A DNA stretch of 64,000 bases from an uncultured Comamonadaceae bacterium (GCA_964428835.1 CAYRZQ010000021.1:135-64134), one strand, 5' to 3'; positions 31,101-40,511 are shown, counted from the stretch's first letter. Notes: a model not told the origin generated them from the sequence alone. Translations and numbers: made by a program.

Positions 31101-34100
31101 ATTTTGACAGACCATACACTATTCATGGATATGGCGCATTCTTAGGTTCGAATATCGTACTTAATGCTGCTGGTAATCCATACGGTAACGTACATTTCAT
31201 GGATATCGGTCCTCGTGATCATTATGGTTCATACGGTGCTGGTTTCTGGATTTCATATTCTGGTACTATGGGTGGACTACCTGTCAATGGCGCTAATGAC
31301 AACATGCAGCACATTGATAGCTACAACTCATTGGTAAACTGTGAAGTGAATCCAAACTGTTTGGCTTTCGACGTAAGAGAATGGACAGTTTCTGATAACT
31401 GTGAAAATAAAAATATCTACTGGCAAGTAGTGAAAGTGATTGATTCTGGTGCTCCAGTAATCACTAACGTTCCTGCTAACGTAACAGTAGAGTGTCAGAG
31501 TGAAATACCTGCTTCTGCAACACCAACTGTTTCTGATGCTTGCGATACTGATGTACAATTGGTTTTCTCTGAAACACTTGTTGGGGTAGAGTCAGACACT
31601 ACTGTTTGCCACATTGCTGATGCAAATGCTGGCCATACACTTTGGTTGTCCGGCGCTGTGCGCAACGCACTTGGTCTCTCAAACTCTAACTTCGTTACAG
31701 TAGGTAGCGGACAGTTTGAGAAGTTCAGTGATGGAACTATCAAGTTCTCTGGACTTGTAAAGAGTGCTCAAGATCCTAACAAGCGCTTCCAATATGTAGC
31801 TCACTATCGCTTCAAGCGTTCATTCGAAGAGTGGACGTCTATTCCAAACCCAAACAGCCCAACAGGATTCCGTCAGGAAAAACTGGATGCTGGTACTACT
31901 ATCACCCTTGGTGATGAGTATTTGGATTGGGAATACTATGAGCTAGATCCTACAAAACCAAACACCCTAACTGGAGTTGATGGTTTGAATGGAATTAACT
32001 TGACATTCTCACATGCTCCTGCTGATTATAAGTATGGCGCTCAATTGGGTGAGAACGCTAGTCTTCAGAGCTATGGTTTAGGTTTCTCAGCTTGGATCAC
32101 TGTTTCTGGTGATATCAATGGAGTTCATTTGAGCTCTCCTGGAGACTGGAACTTCTCTATCAATAACTGCGAAGGTCAAGATGATTTCGAATGTGATGAT
32201 CAGTACCAAATCGTAAGAACTTGGACTGCAATGGATGACTGCGGAAATACCGCAACAGCTCAGCAGACTATCACAGTTCTAGGTGACACTGAAGATCCTA
32301 CATTTGATAATCTTCCTAATAATACTACTGTACCATGTGATGTTCTTCCATTCCCAGAAGATCTCAATGTTACAGCTTCTGATAATTGTGATCCTTCTGT
32401 AATCGTTACTATTACTTATGAAGATCAAGGTGAAGGTTGTGACCGTCAGCGCATATTTACTTTCCGCGCAGAAGATGACTGTGCAAACGTAACTACCGCT
32501 ACTCGCGTGTATTCAACGCATGACGATGTGCCTCCATCATTCACAATGGTTCCAGATAATGGAACAGCTTTGTGTGGTGAGCTTCCTTCTCCAAATAACT
32601 TGATGGTAGCTGCTACTGACAACTGCGATGGTAATGTAACAATTACATTCTCAGTAAACGATCAAGGTCTTGAGTGTAACCAAGTGAGAACAATCACTTG
32701 GACCGCTACCGATGATTGCGGTAACCAGGCTACTGTAACGAGAACATATAGCGCAACGGACAATATCGATCCAGAGTTTGTAAACATTCCTGAAGATATG
32801 GAAATGGAATGTGGTCAAATCGCGCCGAACGTTGAAGTACTTGCTACTGACAACTGTGATGACGACGTTTTCGTTGATATGGAAAGCGAAGTAATCCCAC
32901 AAGATTGCGGTTTCTTATTCGTACGCACTTGGACAGCAATTGATGATTGCGGTAATACAATCACAGATTCTCAAACAATAACATTTGTTGATACTACTAA
33001 TCCAGAAGTGGATTACGCACCAGAGAACATCACAGTTGAATGTTCATCTATCGTGCCTTTCCAAGAGCCAGTATTCTCTGATATCTGCGACGAAGATTTG
33101 GATATTGAGTTTACGGAGAATGAAGAACCATTCGGATGTAATTCGAAGATTATCCGTCGTTGGATTGCTACTGATGATTGCGGCAATGAAGCTGAAGTGG
33201 TTCAAATCATTACCTTGATTGACACTACAGATCCAATCATCCTTAATGTACCATCAAACGTAACGGTGACATGTGAAACAGTTCCTGCTGTTCCAACCAA
33301 CGTTATCGCAGATGATATTTGTGATGAAAACGTTCCAGTGACCTTCAGTGAGTCAACAACTGACCTTGCATGTGGTTACCAAATCACACGTACTTGGACA
33401 GCAATAGACGACTGTCAAAATGTGGCTACTGCAACACAAGTAATTACAGTGTTGGATAATATCGCTCCTACACTTCAGAACATTCCAGCTGATGTTATCG
33501 TTTCTTGCAACACAATTCCAAACGTTCCAACAAACATTACTGCTACAGACAACTGTTCTGAACTCGGTCAGATTGAGTTCTCAGAACAAATTGTAAACGA
33601 CCCAACAGGTGCAGTTTGTGCTTACTCTATCGTTCGCACATGGACAGTAGAGGATGAGTGTGGAAATGTTGCTTCAAGAACTCAGACTATTCAGGTTATT
33701 GATAATACACCTCCAACAATTTTGAACTTTCCAGCAAATACTTCTGCTGAGTGTTCACAAATTCCAGCTGCTCCACAAATCTTTGCTTCAGACAACTGTA
33801 GCGATGCTTTGATTCCAGCAGTACTTACTGAAATGATGAATCCAGTGAGCGCTTGTACTTACCAGTTGGTGCGCACTTGGACTGCTACAGATATCTGTGG
33901 TAATTCATCTACAGCAACTCAAACTATTACGGTTACTGATACTACGGCTCCAACTTTTGACAATGCCCCAGCAAATACAACTGTATCATGCGGTGCTGAT
34001 CTTGAAGTTCCTGTTGTTACTGCTTCTGATGCTTGCGACGAAAACGTAACTGTAGAATTCTTCGAAATGCAAATTGGTGCTGGTTGTCAGTATGTATTGA

Positions 34101-37100
34101 ACCGTGTGTGGGTTGCTACTGACGATTGCGGTAACAATACTGTTCACACACAAATGGTTACTGTGATTGACAACGTAGCTCCATTCATCGTAGAAGCTCC
34201 ATCTACATCTATTACTATTGGTTGTGAGGATGCTGAACCAACTGCTGCTCCGGTATTCGGAGATGCATGTGATGAAAACGTAAGCGTTACGTCAACAACT
34301 ACTATAACGAATGTTACAACTTGTAGCTATGACAAAGTGAAAGTATGGACTGCTATTGATGACTGCGGCAACGTGGCTTCTTTCACCCGTACTATCACAG
34401 TAATTGATAATACTAACCCATCACTAGTGGGAGTGCCAGCTAACACTACAGTTAACTGTGCAAATATTCCTGCTGCTCCTCAAGTGACAGCAACAGACGT
34501 TTGTTCTTCTGCTTCTGTTACAATGAATGAAGTGATTGGAACAGGTTGTCCTTACACGATTACTCGCACATGGACAGCAACAGACCTTTGCGGAAATTCA
34601 GTATCAGCTTCACAAGTAATTACTGTAGTTGATACAGATGCACCTGAGTTTGACTTTGTTCCTGCTAATATCACTGTAGAGTGTTCAAATATTCCAGCAG
34701 GTAACATCAACCAGGTAGTAGTTTCTGATGCTTGTTCTGACGATGTTACTGTTACGGTTAATGATGTAACAACCAGCGGATTCTGCACATACTTCATCTT
34801 CCGCACTTGGACTGCGACAGATGCATGTGGTAATAGCGCACAGGCAACACAAATGTTGACTGTTACTGATACTACTAATCCAACATTGATTGGTGTTCCT
34901 GCTAACGTTGATGCTCAGTGTGGTGATATACCAGCTGTACCAACAGTTACTGCAGACGATAACTGCACGCCAATTGAAGAGTTAGAAGTATTGTTCAGCG
35001 AAAATGAAGTTACTCTTGATTGTGGCTATCAAATCATTCGCACATGGTCAGTTTCTGACTATTGCGGAAATATTGCTACTGCAACTCAGGTTATTACTAT
35101 TAATGATACTGAAGGTCCAATAGCTTCTAACGTTCCTGGCCCTGTATCTATTGAATGTGGATCTGCGCTTCCAACGAGCGCTCCTACTTTCGATGATGAG
35201 TGCTCTGAGTTTGAAGTTTCAGTAAACGATGTAGAAGTTCCATTTGGCTGTAGCTATAATGTAATCCGCACTTGGACTGCAGTAGATGCATGCGGAAATG
35301 AAACCTCTGTAAGTCAGACTATCTCTGTAATTGATACTACCTCACCATACTTCACTTCTACTGCTCCAAATACAACAGTAGAGTGTGGTTCTGTACCAGC
35401 ACCTGCTGTATTGACTGCTGGTGACTCATGCTCAGAGGCTGATGTTGTTTACAACGGTCAGACCCAAATCAACGATGCGGACGGATGCGGCTTTATTTTA
35501 ATCCGCAGCTGGACAGCAGAAGACGCTTGTGGTAACCAAGCGGTATTTACTCAAACAATTACAGTAATTGATACTACTGCTCCTGTTCTTGTGAATGTGC
35601 CAGCTAACATCACTGTAGAATGTGATGCAGTGCCTGCACCAGCTCAAGTAACAGCTGATGACATTTGCTTCGACGGTTTAATGCCAGTAGCATTGTCAGT
35701 AGATACTGTAGCTATTGACAATTGCTCATTCCAGATTATCCGCACTTGGAGTGCAGAAGATAATTGTGGAAATGATGTGTCGGCTTCACAAGTTATCACT
35801 GTTGTAGATACAACTGCACCAGAGTTTGATTCACTTCCTGAAAATCTTGAAGTGGAATGTGATGAAATACCAGCCGCTGCTGTATTGACTGCTACAGACA
35901 ACTGTGACGAAAACGTAACAGTAACTGTATCAGAGCAAGGTGGTGAAGGTTGCGAATACACTATCGTTCGTACTTATACTGCAACAGATGATTGTGGAAA
36001 CGTTGCTACACACGTTCAAACAATAATTGTACGTGATACGGAGGCTCCTGTATTGAGCGGTGTTCCTGCGAACACTACTTTGGAGTGTAACTCACAACTT
36101 CCTGTGGCATTTGTAAGTGCTAGTGATAACTGCGACGAAGTAGTACCTGTATCATTCTCAATGATCACTAACTTCTTTGAATGTGGATATGAAGTAGTTC
36201 GCACTTGGACTGCAACAGATGATTGTGGCAACACTACATCACGTAGCCAGACCATTACCTTCGAAGATACTACCGACCCATTCATTTTGACTGCTCCTGA
36301 GGCACTTATTGAAATTGAATGTGGTACTCCAGTGCCAACACAAGCACCAACTTTCGGTGATGTTTGTGATGATGAATTGCAGATTGTAGCTATCAGTGGA
36401 ATTGCCAACGTAACCGATTGTTCTGAAACGATTGAGCGCGTGTGGACAGCTATTGATGACTGTGGAAATGCTGTGTCATTCACACAAACTATTGTTATCA
36501 CCGATACAACGGCTCCTGAGTTCACTTTCGTTCCAGAGGCTATCACTGTAGAGTGTTCTGAAATTCCTGCTCCAGGCACGCCTGAAGCAACTGACGTTTG
36601 TTCAGACGTAACTATCACTCTCGAAGAGACTATCGTTCCTGTGAATGACTGTATCTATGAGTTGGTAAGAACTTGGACAGCAACAGATGTTTGTGGTAAT
36701 GCTTCTGAAGCAATTCAAGTGATTACGGTTGAGGACACAACAGAACCAACGCTTGTAGGTGTTCCTGCAAACGTAATGCAAGCTGCATGTGATAATATCC
36801 CAGCTGTTGCTGTGGTAACAGCTACAGATCTTTGTGATGAAGCACCAGTGGTTACCTTCTCTCAATCAGAGGCGGGTAGCTGCCCAACGGTGATTACACG
36901 CACTTGGGTTGCAGTTGATGCTTGTGGAAATGAGACTTCGGCTTCTCAATTAATTTATGTTTATGATAACGAAGCACCAGAATTGATTGGTGTACCTGCT
37001 AACACTACAATTGAGTGTTCAGAAGAGGTAGAAAATGTTATCGTAACTGCTGACGATAATTGCTCTGAAAACTTAGTTGTTTCACTTTCAGCTGTGACAA

Positions 37101-40100
37101 CAGAACTAGAGTGTGGATCAGTAATGGTTCGTACATGGTCTGTGACAGATGATTGCGGTAATACTACTACTGCTACTCAGACAATCAACATCGTTGATAC
37201 TACAGCTCCTTCAATCGAGTCAACCCCAGCTAATGGTTTGACATTTGAATGTAGCGATGAGATACCATTGGTTGATCCAACATTCGGTGATGTTTGTGAC
37301 GATGAACTCGAAGTTGAGTTTACCGAGGAAATTACCAATGTTTCACCATGTGGATATACAATCGTACGCAGATGGACAGCTACTGATGACTGTGACAACG
37401 AAACAGTTGTAACACAAAGCATCAATGTTGTTGATACTACAGCCCCAGAATTTGAAAACGTTCCAGCAAATGCTACTGTGCTTTGCGATGCTATTCCAGC
37501 ACCTGTAGCTCCAATAGCTGAAGACAACTGTTCTGGTGTAGATATCACTTATAATGAAGTAACTTCTGCTGGTTGTCCTTACACTATCACTCGTACATGG
37601 ACTGCAACTGATGAGTGCGGTAACGCGGCATCAGTATCTCAAATCCTTACTGTGATTGATACTGAAAATCCAGTATTAGTTGGTGTTCCAGAAAATGCTA
37701 CTATTGAGTGTGATGAAATTATCGTTACTCCAGTAGTTACTGCTACAGACAATTGCACCGAAGAATTGAATGTTCAATTGGATGAGCAGCAAATTGGTCT
37801 TGATTGCGGTTATGCTATCGTTCGCACATGGTATGTAACTGACAACTGTGGAAACATGGCAACTGCTTCTCAAACGTTGACTGTAATTGATACTACTGCG
37901 CCTGAGCTTTCTGGTGAAGATGCAGTATCAACACTTGAGTGCAACGTAATGCCAAGCATTATTGCTCCAACAGCGTCTGACAACTGTGATGAGGATGTAA
38001 CTATCATCCCAAGCTTCGTTGAAATTCCTGGTGATTGTGAAAACAGCTACACACAAGTATTTACTTGGACAGCAATTGATGATTGCGGTAATACTAGCGT
38101 TCGCACTTACACATTCAATTTTGTTGATACAACACCTCCATCATTTGACCAGCTTGTAGCGAATCAAACAGTAGAGTGCGACGTAGTTCCTGCGCCACTT
38201 AACTTGACAGCTACAGACAACTGTGATGAAAACGTGGAAGTGACAGTATCTGAGTCACAAACTGAAGGTTGTAATTATGTGATTACTCGCATTTACACTG
38301 CGGTGGACAACTGTGGTAACGAAACATCAGTTACTGAGACAATCAACGTAATTGATACAACTGCTCCAACACTTGAAAACGTTCCAGCTAATCAAACATT
38401 GGAATGTACACAGCCAGTTCCTGCAGCATTTGTAACTGCTTCTGACAACTGTGATGAAAATCCAAGTGTACAAGTTTCAAGTGTGACTAATGAATTTGAG
38501 TGTGGATTTGAAGTGGTGAGAACTTGGACAGCAACTGACAATTGTGGTAACGTAGCTACCGCTACTCAAACCATCACATTTGTTGATACAACTAATCCAT
38601 TCATCAATTCACAGCCTGAAAACATCACTGTGGAGTGCGACGAAGACGTACCATTCAGCGAGCCTAGCTTCGGTGATGCTTGTGACGAAGTTTTGGATAT
38701 CGAATTCAATGAATTTGAATCTAATGTAAATAACTGTGGCTTCGTTCTTAATCGTGTATGGACTGCAACAGACAACTGTGGAAACAGCACTGAGGTAGTA
38801 CAGCAAATCACTATCACTGACACTACTGCTCCAGTAATCGTTGGTCAGATCGAAGTTGTAGGATTCTGCGATCAGTCTTACCAAGCTTTGGTAACAGTAT
38901 CAGACAATTGCGATGAAGCTCCAAGCTTGACTTGGGAAGACTTGCTCGTAAGCGGTGGTTGTGAGGGACGTATCCTTCGTACCTATACAGCTTCTGATAT
39001 CTGCGGAAATACTTCTACATTCCTTCAGATCATTACTCTAGCTGATGGTGAATCACCAGAAGTGGTTGAGGCTCCTGAAAATGTGAACATTGAGTGTACA
39101 GACGATGTACCTGCTGCTCCAGTAGTAGAATTCACTGACAACTGTGATGATGATATTGAAGTTAGCTTCAATGAGTTGACAATCCCAGCTGATTGTGGAT
39201 TTACTATCGTACGCACTTGGACTGCAACAGATAATTGTGAGAATCAAACTTTCGTTCAGCAATTGATTAATGTTGCTGACGTAACTAACCCACAATTGTT
39301 CAATATCCCAGCTAGCGTGACTATTGAGTGTGGTACTGCAATACCTGCTGTTCCATCAACCATCTTCGCTACTGATAATTGCACAGAGATCTTGGACATC
39401 GTTCTCGAAGAAAGTCAAAATGACTTGGCTTGCGGTTATGAAATCGTTCGCACATGGAGAGTTTATGATGACTGCGGAAACGGTGCTATGGCAACACAGG
39501 TAATTACTGTTGTTGATACTCAAGCTCCTGTAATTAATGGTGAAGTATCTGATGTAACTGTAAGCTGTGAGAATATCCCTGCTGCAGCGGTATTCACTGC
39601 ATTCGATGTATGTGATGGTTCAATCAACGTTGTGTTCAACGAAGTAACAGGCGAAGGATGTCCTTACTCTATTACTAGAACATGGACTGCAACCGATGCT
39701 TGTGGCAATAGCACACAATTGGTACAAGTAATATCTGTAATTGACGAAGTGAATCCTTCATTCAATCCATTCCCAGTTTGGATTTCAGTTTCTTGTGATG
39801 AGGTAGAAAACTACACTATCACAGCTTCTGACAACTGTGATACAGATGTTGAAGTTACTGTGATCGAGGAATTAGTATTCTCAGGTGGTTGCTTCGGTAA
39901 CTTACAGCGTACCTACAAGGCTACAGACAACTGTGGAAACTTTGTAACTGCTATTCAGATTATCCAGATTGTAGATAATGTGGACCCAGTGATTGAAAAT
40001 GTTCCAGCAGAAGAGACAATTGTTTGTGAGTCAGCTATACCTGCTGTTCCAACAGATGTGTTTGCAACAGACAACTGTACTGCAGATGTAGAAATCTTCT

Positions 40101-40489
40101 TCACAGAAACACAAACTAATGATTTCTGCCCATACGATATCATCCGTACTTGGACAGCTATCGACTTCTGTGGTAATGAGACAGTGGCAACACAAATCAT
40201 CCACGTTACTGTTGAGGTTGAGCCTGTAGTGATGATGCAATCTTATCCAAACCCTGCTTCTGAGCAATTCACATTTGAGTTTAGCACTCCAGAAGAGGCA
40301 CAAGTTATCGGCGGCGTTTATGATGTAACTGGCCGCGAAGTGATCAGCCTCATGAATGGTACTGCAGATGCTGGAAGATTGTACAAGTTCCCAGTAGATA
40401 CTCAGCGTTTGAATACTGGTACTTACACTATCAGAATGATTGTTGATGGTGAAGTGATGACGAACAGAATGATCATTACCGGTAGATAA
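28112..40489 (+). CDS. giant (4125 aa) T9SS-secreted cell-surface protein with 36 HYR-like Cys-rich repeats
   Basis: Uninterrupted 12.4 kb ORF. It has an N-terminal hydrophobic signal, repeat modules (listed as separate features) and a C-terminal T9SS type-A sorting domain. Confidence 0.9.
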   Translation: MSNFYFSKGSSAVTKFFVFSSIVILALFSGVDQFVSAGTGEETFSESTCNNVTNGGTIGNSQSGCAPFNPGAISNVTSPSGGSGTIEYMWLYKNSSTGNNFWQVSGASSATYDPPSLTETTTYLRCSRRAGCSNWDGESNEITITVTNCNPTLPEALNCTGQWQWQPTLSLNGCDINAQVRFVDGGTFAINLPAELANNSVSISNVRTSSFDGYCSRATVSQPNEQWKIVFFKNGSVVGQTGYTTDIADNVIQNTRFDNFGPFTFPNGIDQIKLVHFEDPTFGNGSASTPNSVVPSGVCFTYTTTPICNNTTNGGSIGSNQTGCSPFDPANIVNMAWPTGGSGNIQYMWIYRAASTNNVWTEVPGANAASYNPGPLTETTMFRRCSRREGCSAWDAESNIVTITVNNCCSNITNGGTIGYDQAGCAPYDPAPFVSITAPSGGSGTIQYVWIYKNASTNWQFQELPNSAGSTYDSGALTETTVFRRCSRRSGCTSWDGESNDITITINGNCTAEEVCELTGYDSPNGRIFWIPNYGTDFRSSPSNPLQIAKFSNGTAHIYGTIERISNANQKFVVSLWFEQRSTYAQWIAMGLQAHSPNLGDESTWTYYKWSTSLPNTLVGQGSLAGTTLYLSNQDPSYGLQLGNGANALNTNANGISNWFSYTGTTSGHGDLNGTYECAEPEICDLRGYESPNGRIFWIPNYGVDFRSSASNPMKIAKYPNGTARIYGTIERISNPNQKFEVSLWFEQKSTYAQWIAMGLQAHSPELGDETTWTYYKWSTTLSNTLIGQGALAGTTLYLTNQNPAYGLQLGDGANSLNTNANGISNWFSYTGTTSGHGDLNGTYVCVEPCAETCEVDNTPPTPNNLTPSITLNCGQQYPNVTFSDNCSDVSVSYDEYDALKICELAFGPTYTNSNIWFHGTPAPYNKYHRWADGRVVLFEDGTAKWIGRAVNISDPNSGWIVEIFFEELVDWNTWSANGGYNPGDSQRFNRLYAEVDFDRPYTIHGYGAFLGSNIVLNAAGNPYGNVHFMDIGPRDHYGSYGAGFWISYSGTMGGLPVNGANDNMQHIDSYNSLVNCEVNPNCLAFDVREWTVSDNCENKNIYWQVVKVIDSGAPVITNVPANVTVECQSEIPASATPTVSDACDTDVQLVFSETLVGVESDTTVCHIADANAGHTLWLSGAVRNALGLSNSNFVTVGSGQFEKFSDGTIKFSGLVKSAQDPNKRFQYVAHYRFKRSFEEWTSIPNPNSPTGFRQEKLDAGTTITLGDEYLDWEYYELDPTKPNTLTGVDGLNGINLTFSHAPADYKYGAQLGENASLQSYGLGFSAWITVSGDINGVHLSSPGDWNFSINNCEGQDDFECDDQYQIVRTWTAMDDCGNTATAQQTITVLGDTEDPTFDNLPNNTTVPCDVLPFPEDLNVTASDNCDPSVIVTITYEDQGEGCDRQRIFTFRAEDDCANVTTATRVYSTHDDVPPSFTMVPDNGTALCGELPSPNNLMVAATDNCDGNVTITFSVNDQGLECNQVRTITWTATDDCGNQATVTRTYSATDNIDPEFVNIPEDMEMECGQIAPNVEVLATDNCDDDVFVDMESEVIPQDCGFLFVRTWTAIDDCGNTITDSQTITFVDTTNPEVDYAPENITVECSSIVPFQEPVFSDICDEDLDIEFTENEEPFGCNSKIIRRWIATDDCGNEAEVVQIITLIDTTDPIILNVPSNVTVTCETVPAVPTNVIADDICDENVPVTFSESTTDLACGYQITRTWTAIDDCQNVATATQVITVLDNIAPTLQNIPADVIVSCNTIPNVPTNITATDNCSELGQIEFSEQIVNDPTGAVCAYSIVRTWTVEDECGNVASRTQTIQVIDNTPPTILNFPANTSAECSQIPAAPQIFASDNCSDALIPAVLTEMMNPVSACTYQLVRTWTATDICGNSSTATQTITVTDTTAPTFDNAPANTTVSCGADLEVPVVTASDACDENVTVEFFEMQIGAGCQYVLNRVWVATDDCGNNTVHTQMVTVIDNVAPFIVEAPSTSITIGCEDAEPTAAPVFGDACDENVSVTSTTTITNVTTCSYDKVKVWTAIDDCGNVASFTRTITVIDNTNPSLVGVPANTTVNCANIPAAPQVTATDVCSSASVTMNEVIGTGCPYTITRTWTATDLCGNSVSASQVITVVDTDAPEFDFVPANITVECSNIPAGNINQVVVSDACSDDVTVTVNDVTTSGFCTYFIFRTWTATDACGNSAQATQMLTVTDTTNPTLIGVPANVDAQCGDIPAVPTVTADDNCTPIEELEVLFSENEVTLDCGYQIIRTWSVSDYCGNIATATQVITINDTEGPIASNVPGPVSIECGSALPTSAPTFDDECSEFEVSVNDVEVPFGCSYNVIRTWTAVDACGNETSVSQTISVIDTTSPYFTSTAPNTTVECGSVPAPAVLTAGDSCSEADVVYNGQTQINDADGCGFILIRSWTAEDACGNQAVFTQTITVIDTTAPVLVNVPANITVECDAVPAPAQVTADDICFDGLMPVALSVDTVAIDNCSFQIIRTWSAEDNCGNDVSASQVITVVDTTAPEFDSLPENLEVECDEIPAAAVLTATDNCDENVTVTVSEQGGEGCEYTIVRTYTATDDCGNVATHVQTIIVRDTEAPVLSGVPANTTLECNSQLPVAFVSASDNCDEVVPVSFSMITNFFECGYEVVRTWTATDDCGNTTSRSQTITFEDTTDPFILTAPEALIEIECGTPVPTQAPTFGDVCDDELQIVAISGIANVTDCSETIERVWTAIDDCGNAVSFTQTIVITDTTAPEFTFVPEAITVECSEIPAPGTPEATDVCSDVTITLEETIVPVNDCIYELVRTWTATDVCGNASEAIQVITVEDTTEPTLVGVPANVMQAACDNIPAVAVVTATDLCDEAPVVTFSQSEAGSCPTVITRTWVAVDACGNETSASQLIYVYDNEAPELIGVPANTTIECSEEVENVIVTADDNCSENLVVSLSAVTTELECGSVMVRTWSVTDDCGNTTTATQTINIVDTTAPSIESTPANGLTFECSDEIPLVDPTFGDVCDDELEVEFTEEITNVSPCGYTIVRRWTATDDCDNETVVTQSINVVDTTAPEFENVPANATVLCDAIPAPVAPIAEDNCSGVDITYNEVTSAGCPYTITRTWTATDECGNAASVSQILTVIDTENPVLVGVPENATIECDEIIVTPVVTATDNCTEELNVQLDEQQIGLDCGYAIVRTWYVTDNCGNMATASQTLTVIDTTAPELSGEDAVSTLECNVMPSIIAPTASDNCDEDVTIIPSFVEIPGDCENSYTQVFTWTAIDDCGNTSVRTYTFNFVDTTPPSFDQLVANQTVECDVVPAPLNLTATDNCDENVEVTVSESQTEGCNYVITRIYTAVDNCGNETSVTETINVIDTTAPTLENVPANQTLECTQPVPAAFVTASDNCDENPSVQVSSVTNEFECGFEVVRTWTATDNCGNVATATQTITFVDTTNPFINSQPENITVECDEDVPFSEPSFGDACDEVLDIEFNEFESNVNNCGFVLNRVWTATDNCGNSTEVVQQITITDTTAPVIVGQIEVVGFCDQSYQALVTVSDNCDEAPSLTWEDLLVSGGCEGRILRTYTASDICGNTSTFLQIITLADGESPEVVEAPENVNIECTDDVPAAPVVEFTDNCDDDIEVSFNELTIPADCGFTIVRTWTATDNCENQTFVQQLINVADVTNPQLFNIPASVTIECGTAIPAVPSTIFATDNCTEILDIVLEESQNDLACGYEIVRTWRVYDDCGNGAMATQVITVVDTQAPVINGEVSDVTVSCENIPAAAVFTAFDVCDGSINVVFNEVTGEGCPYSITRTWTATDACGNSTQLVQVISVIDEVNPSFNPFPVWISVSCDEVENYTITASDNCDTDVEVTVIEELVFSGGCFGNLQRTYKATDNCGNFVTAIQIIQIVDNVDPVIENVPAEETIVCESAIPAVPTDVFATDNCTADVEIFFTETQTNDFCPYDIIRTWTAIDFCGNETVATQIIHVTVEVEPVVMMQSYPNPASEQFTFEFSTPEEAQVIGGVYDVTGREVISLMNGTADAGRLYKFPVDTQRLNTGTYTIRMIVDGEVMTNRMIITGR
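28256..28558 (+). repeat. N-terminal module A1 (aa 49-149) of the giant protein
   Basis: Cys-bounded ~100 aa: CNNVTNGGTIGNSQSGCAPFNPG...GGSGTIEYMWLYK...LTETTTYLRCSRRAGCSNWDGESNEITITVTNC. Confidence 0.8.
29033..29641 (+). repeat. modules A2 and A3 (aa 308-408, 409-510), tandem copies of module A
   Basis: Same landmarks as A1: C-x-N-x-T-N-G-G-[TS]-I-G, Q-x-G-C-x-P-[FY]-[DN]-P, G-G-S-G-x-I-[EQ]-Y-[MV]-W-[IL]-Y and L-T-E-T-T-x-[FY]-[LR]-R-C-S-R-R. Confidence 0.8.
29657..30649 (+). repeat. tandem duplication of a ~163-aa module B (aa 516-678 and 684-846; period 504 nt)
   Basis: C[ED]L.GY[DE]SPNGRIFWIPNYG...SLWFEQ[RK]STYAQWIAMGLQAHSP...TWTYYKWST...YGLQLG.GAN.LNTNANGISNWFSYTGTTSGHGDLNGTY.C occurs twice. 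The copies are roughly 80-85% aa identical by eye. Confidence 0.85.
30683..40210 (+). repeat. array of 36 HYR-like repeats (75-82 aa each; repeats 1 and 2 carry ~180-190-aa inserts)
   Basis: I delimited each unit by hand. The consensus is D-T-T-x-P-x-(5)-P-A-N-x-T-V-E-C-(6-10)-[ATS]-x-D-x-C-(15-20)-C-x-[YF]-x-I-x-R-T-W-T-A-x-D-x-C-G-N-(7)-Q-x-I-x-V-x-D. The aa bookkeeping closes exactly on the CTD start at aa 4041. Confidence 0.85.
40232..40486 (+). other. T9SS type-A C-terminal sorting domain of the giant protein
   Basis: MMQSYPNPASEQFTFEF...GVYDVTGREV...LNTGTYTIRMIVDGEVMTNRMII. Confidence 0.85.
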
Positions 40490-40511
40490 TTTTCAAAAAA
40501 GATAAATAAAA

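Noticed and set aside
28123-40303. About 25 ORFs of 60-200 aa on the minus strand or in other plus frames inside the giant gene (for example 36016..36618, 35644..35961, 37177..37548, 29433..29831).
   Set aside because: They lie wholly inside an uninterrupted 12.4 kb frame with clear domain periodicity. Their translations are low-complexity S/T/V/A-rich mirror images of the repeat array, which is typical of antisense artefacts in repetitive genes.
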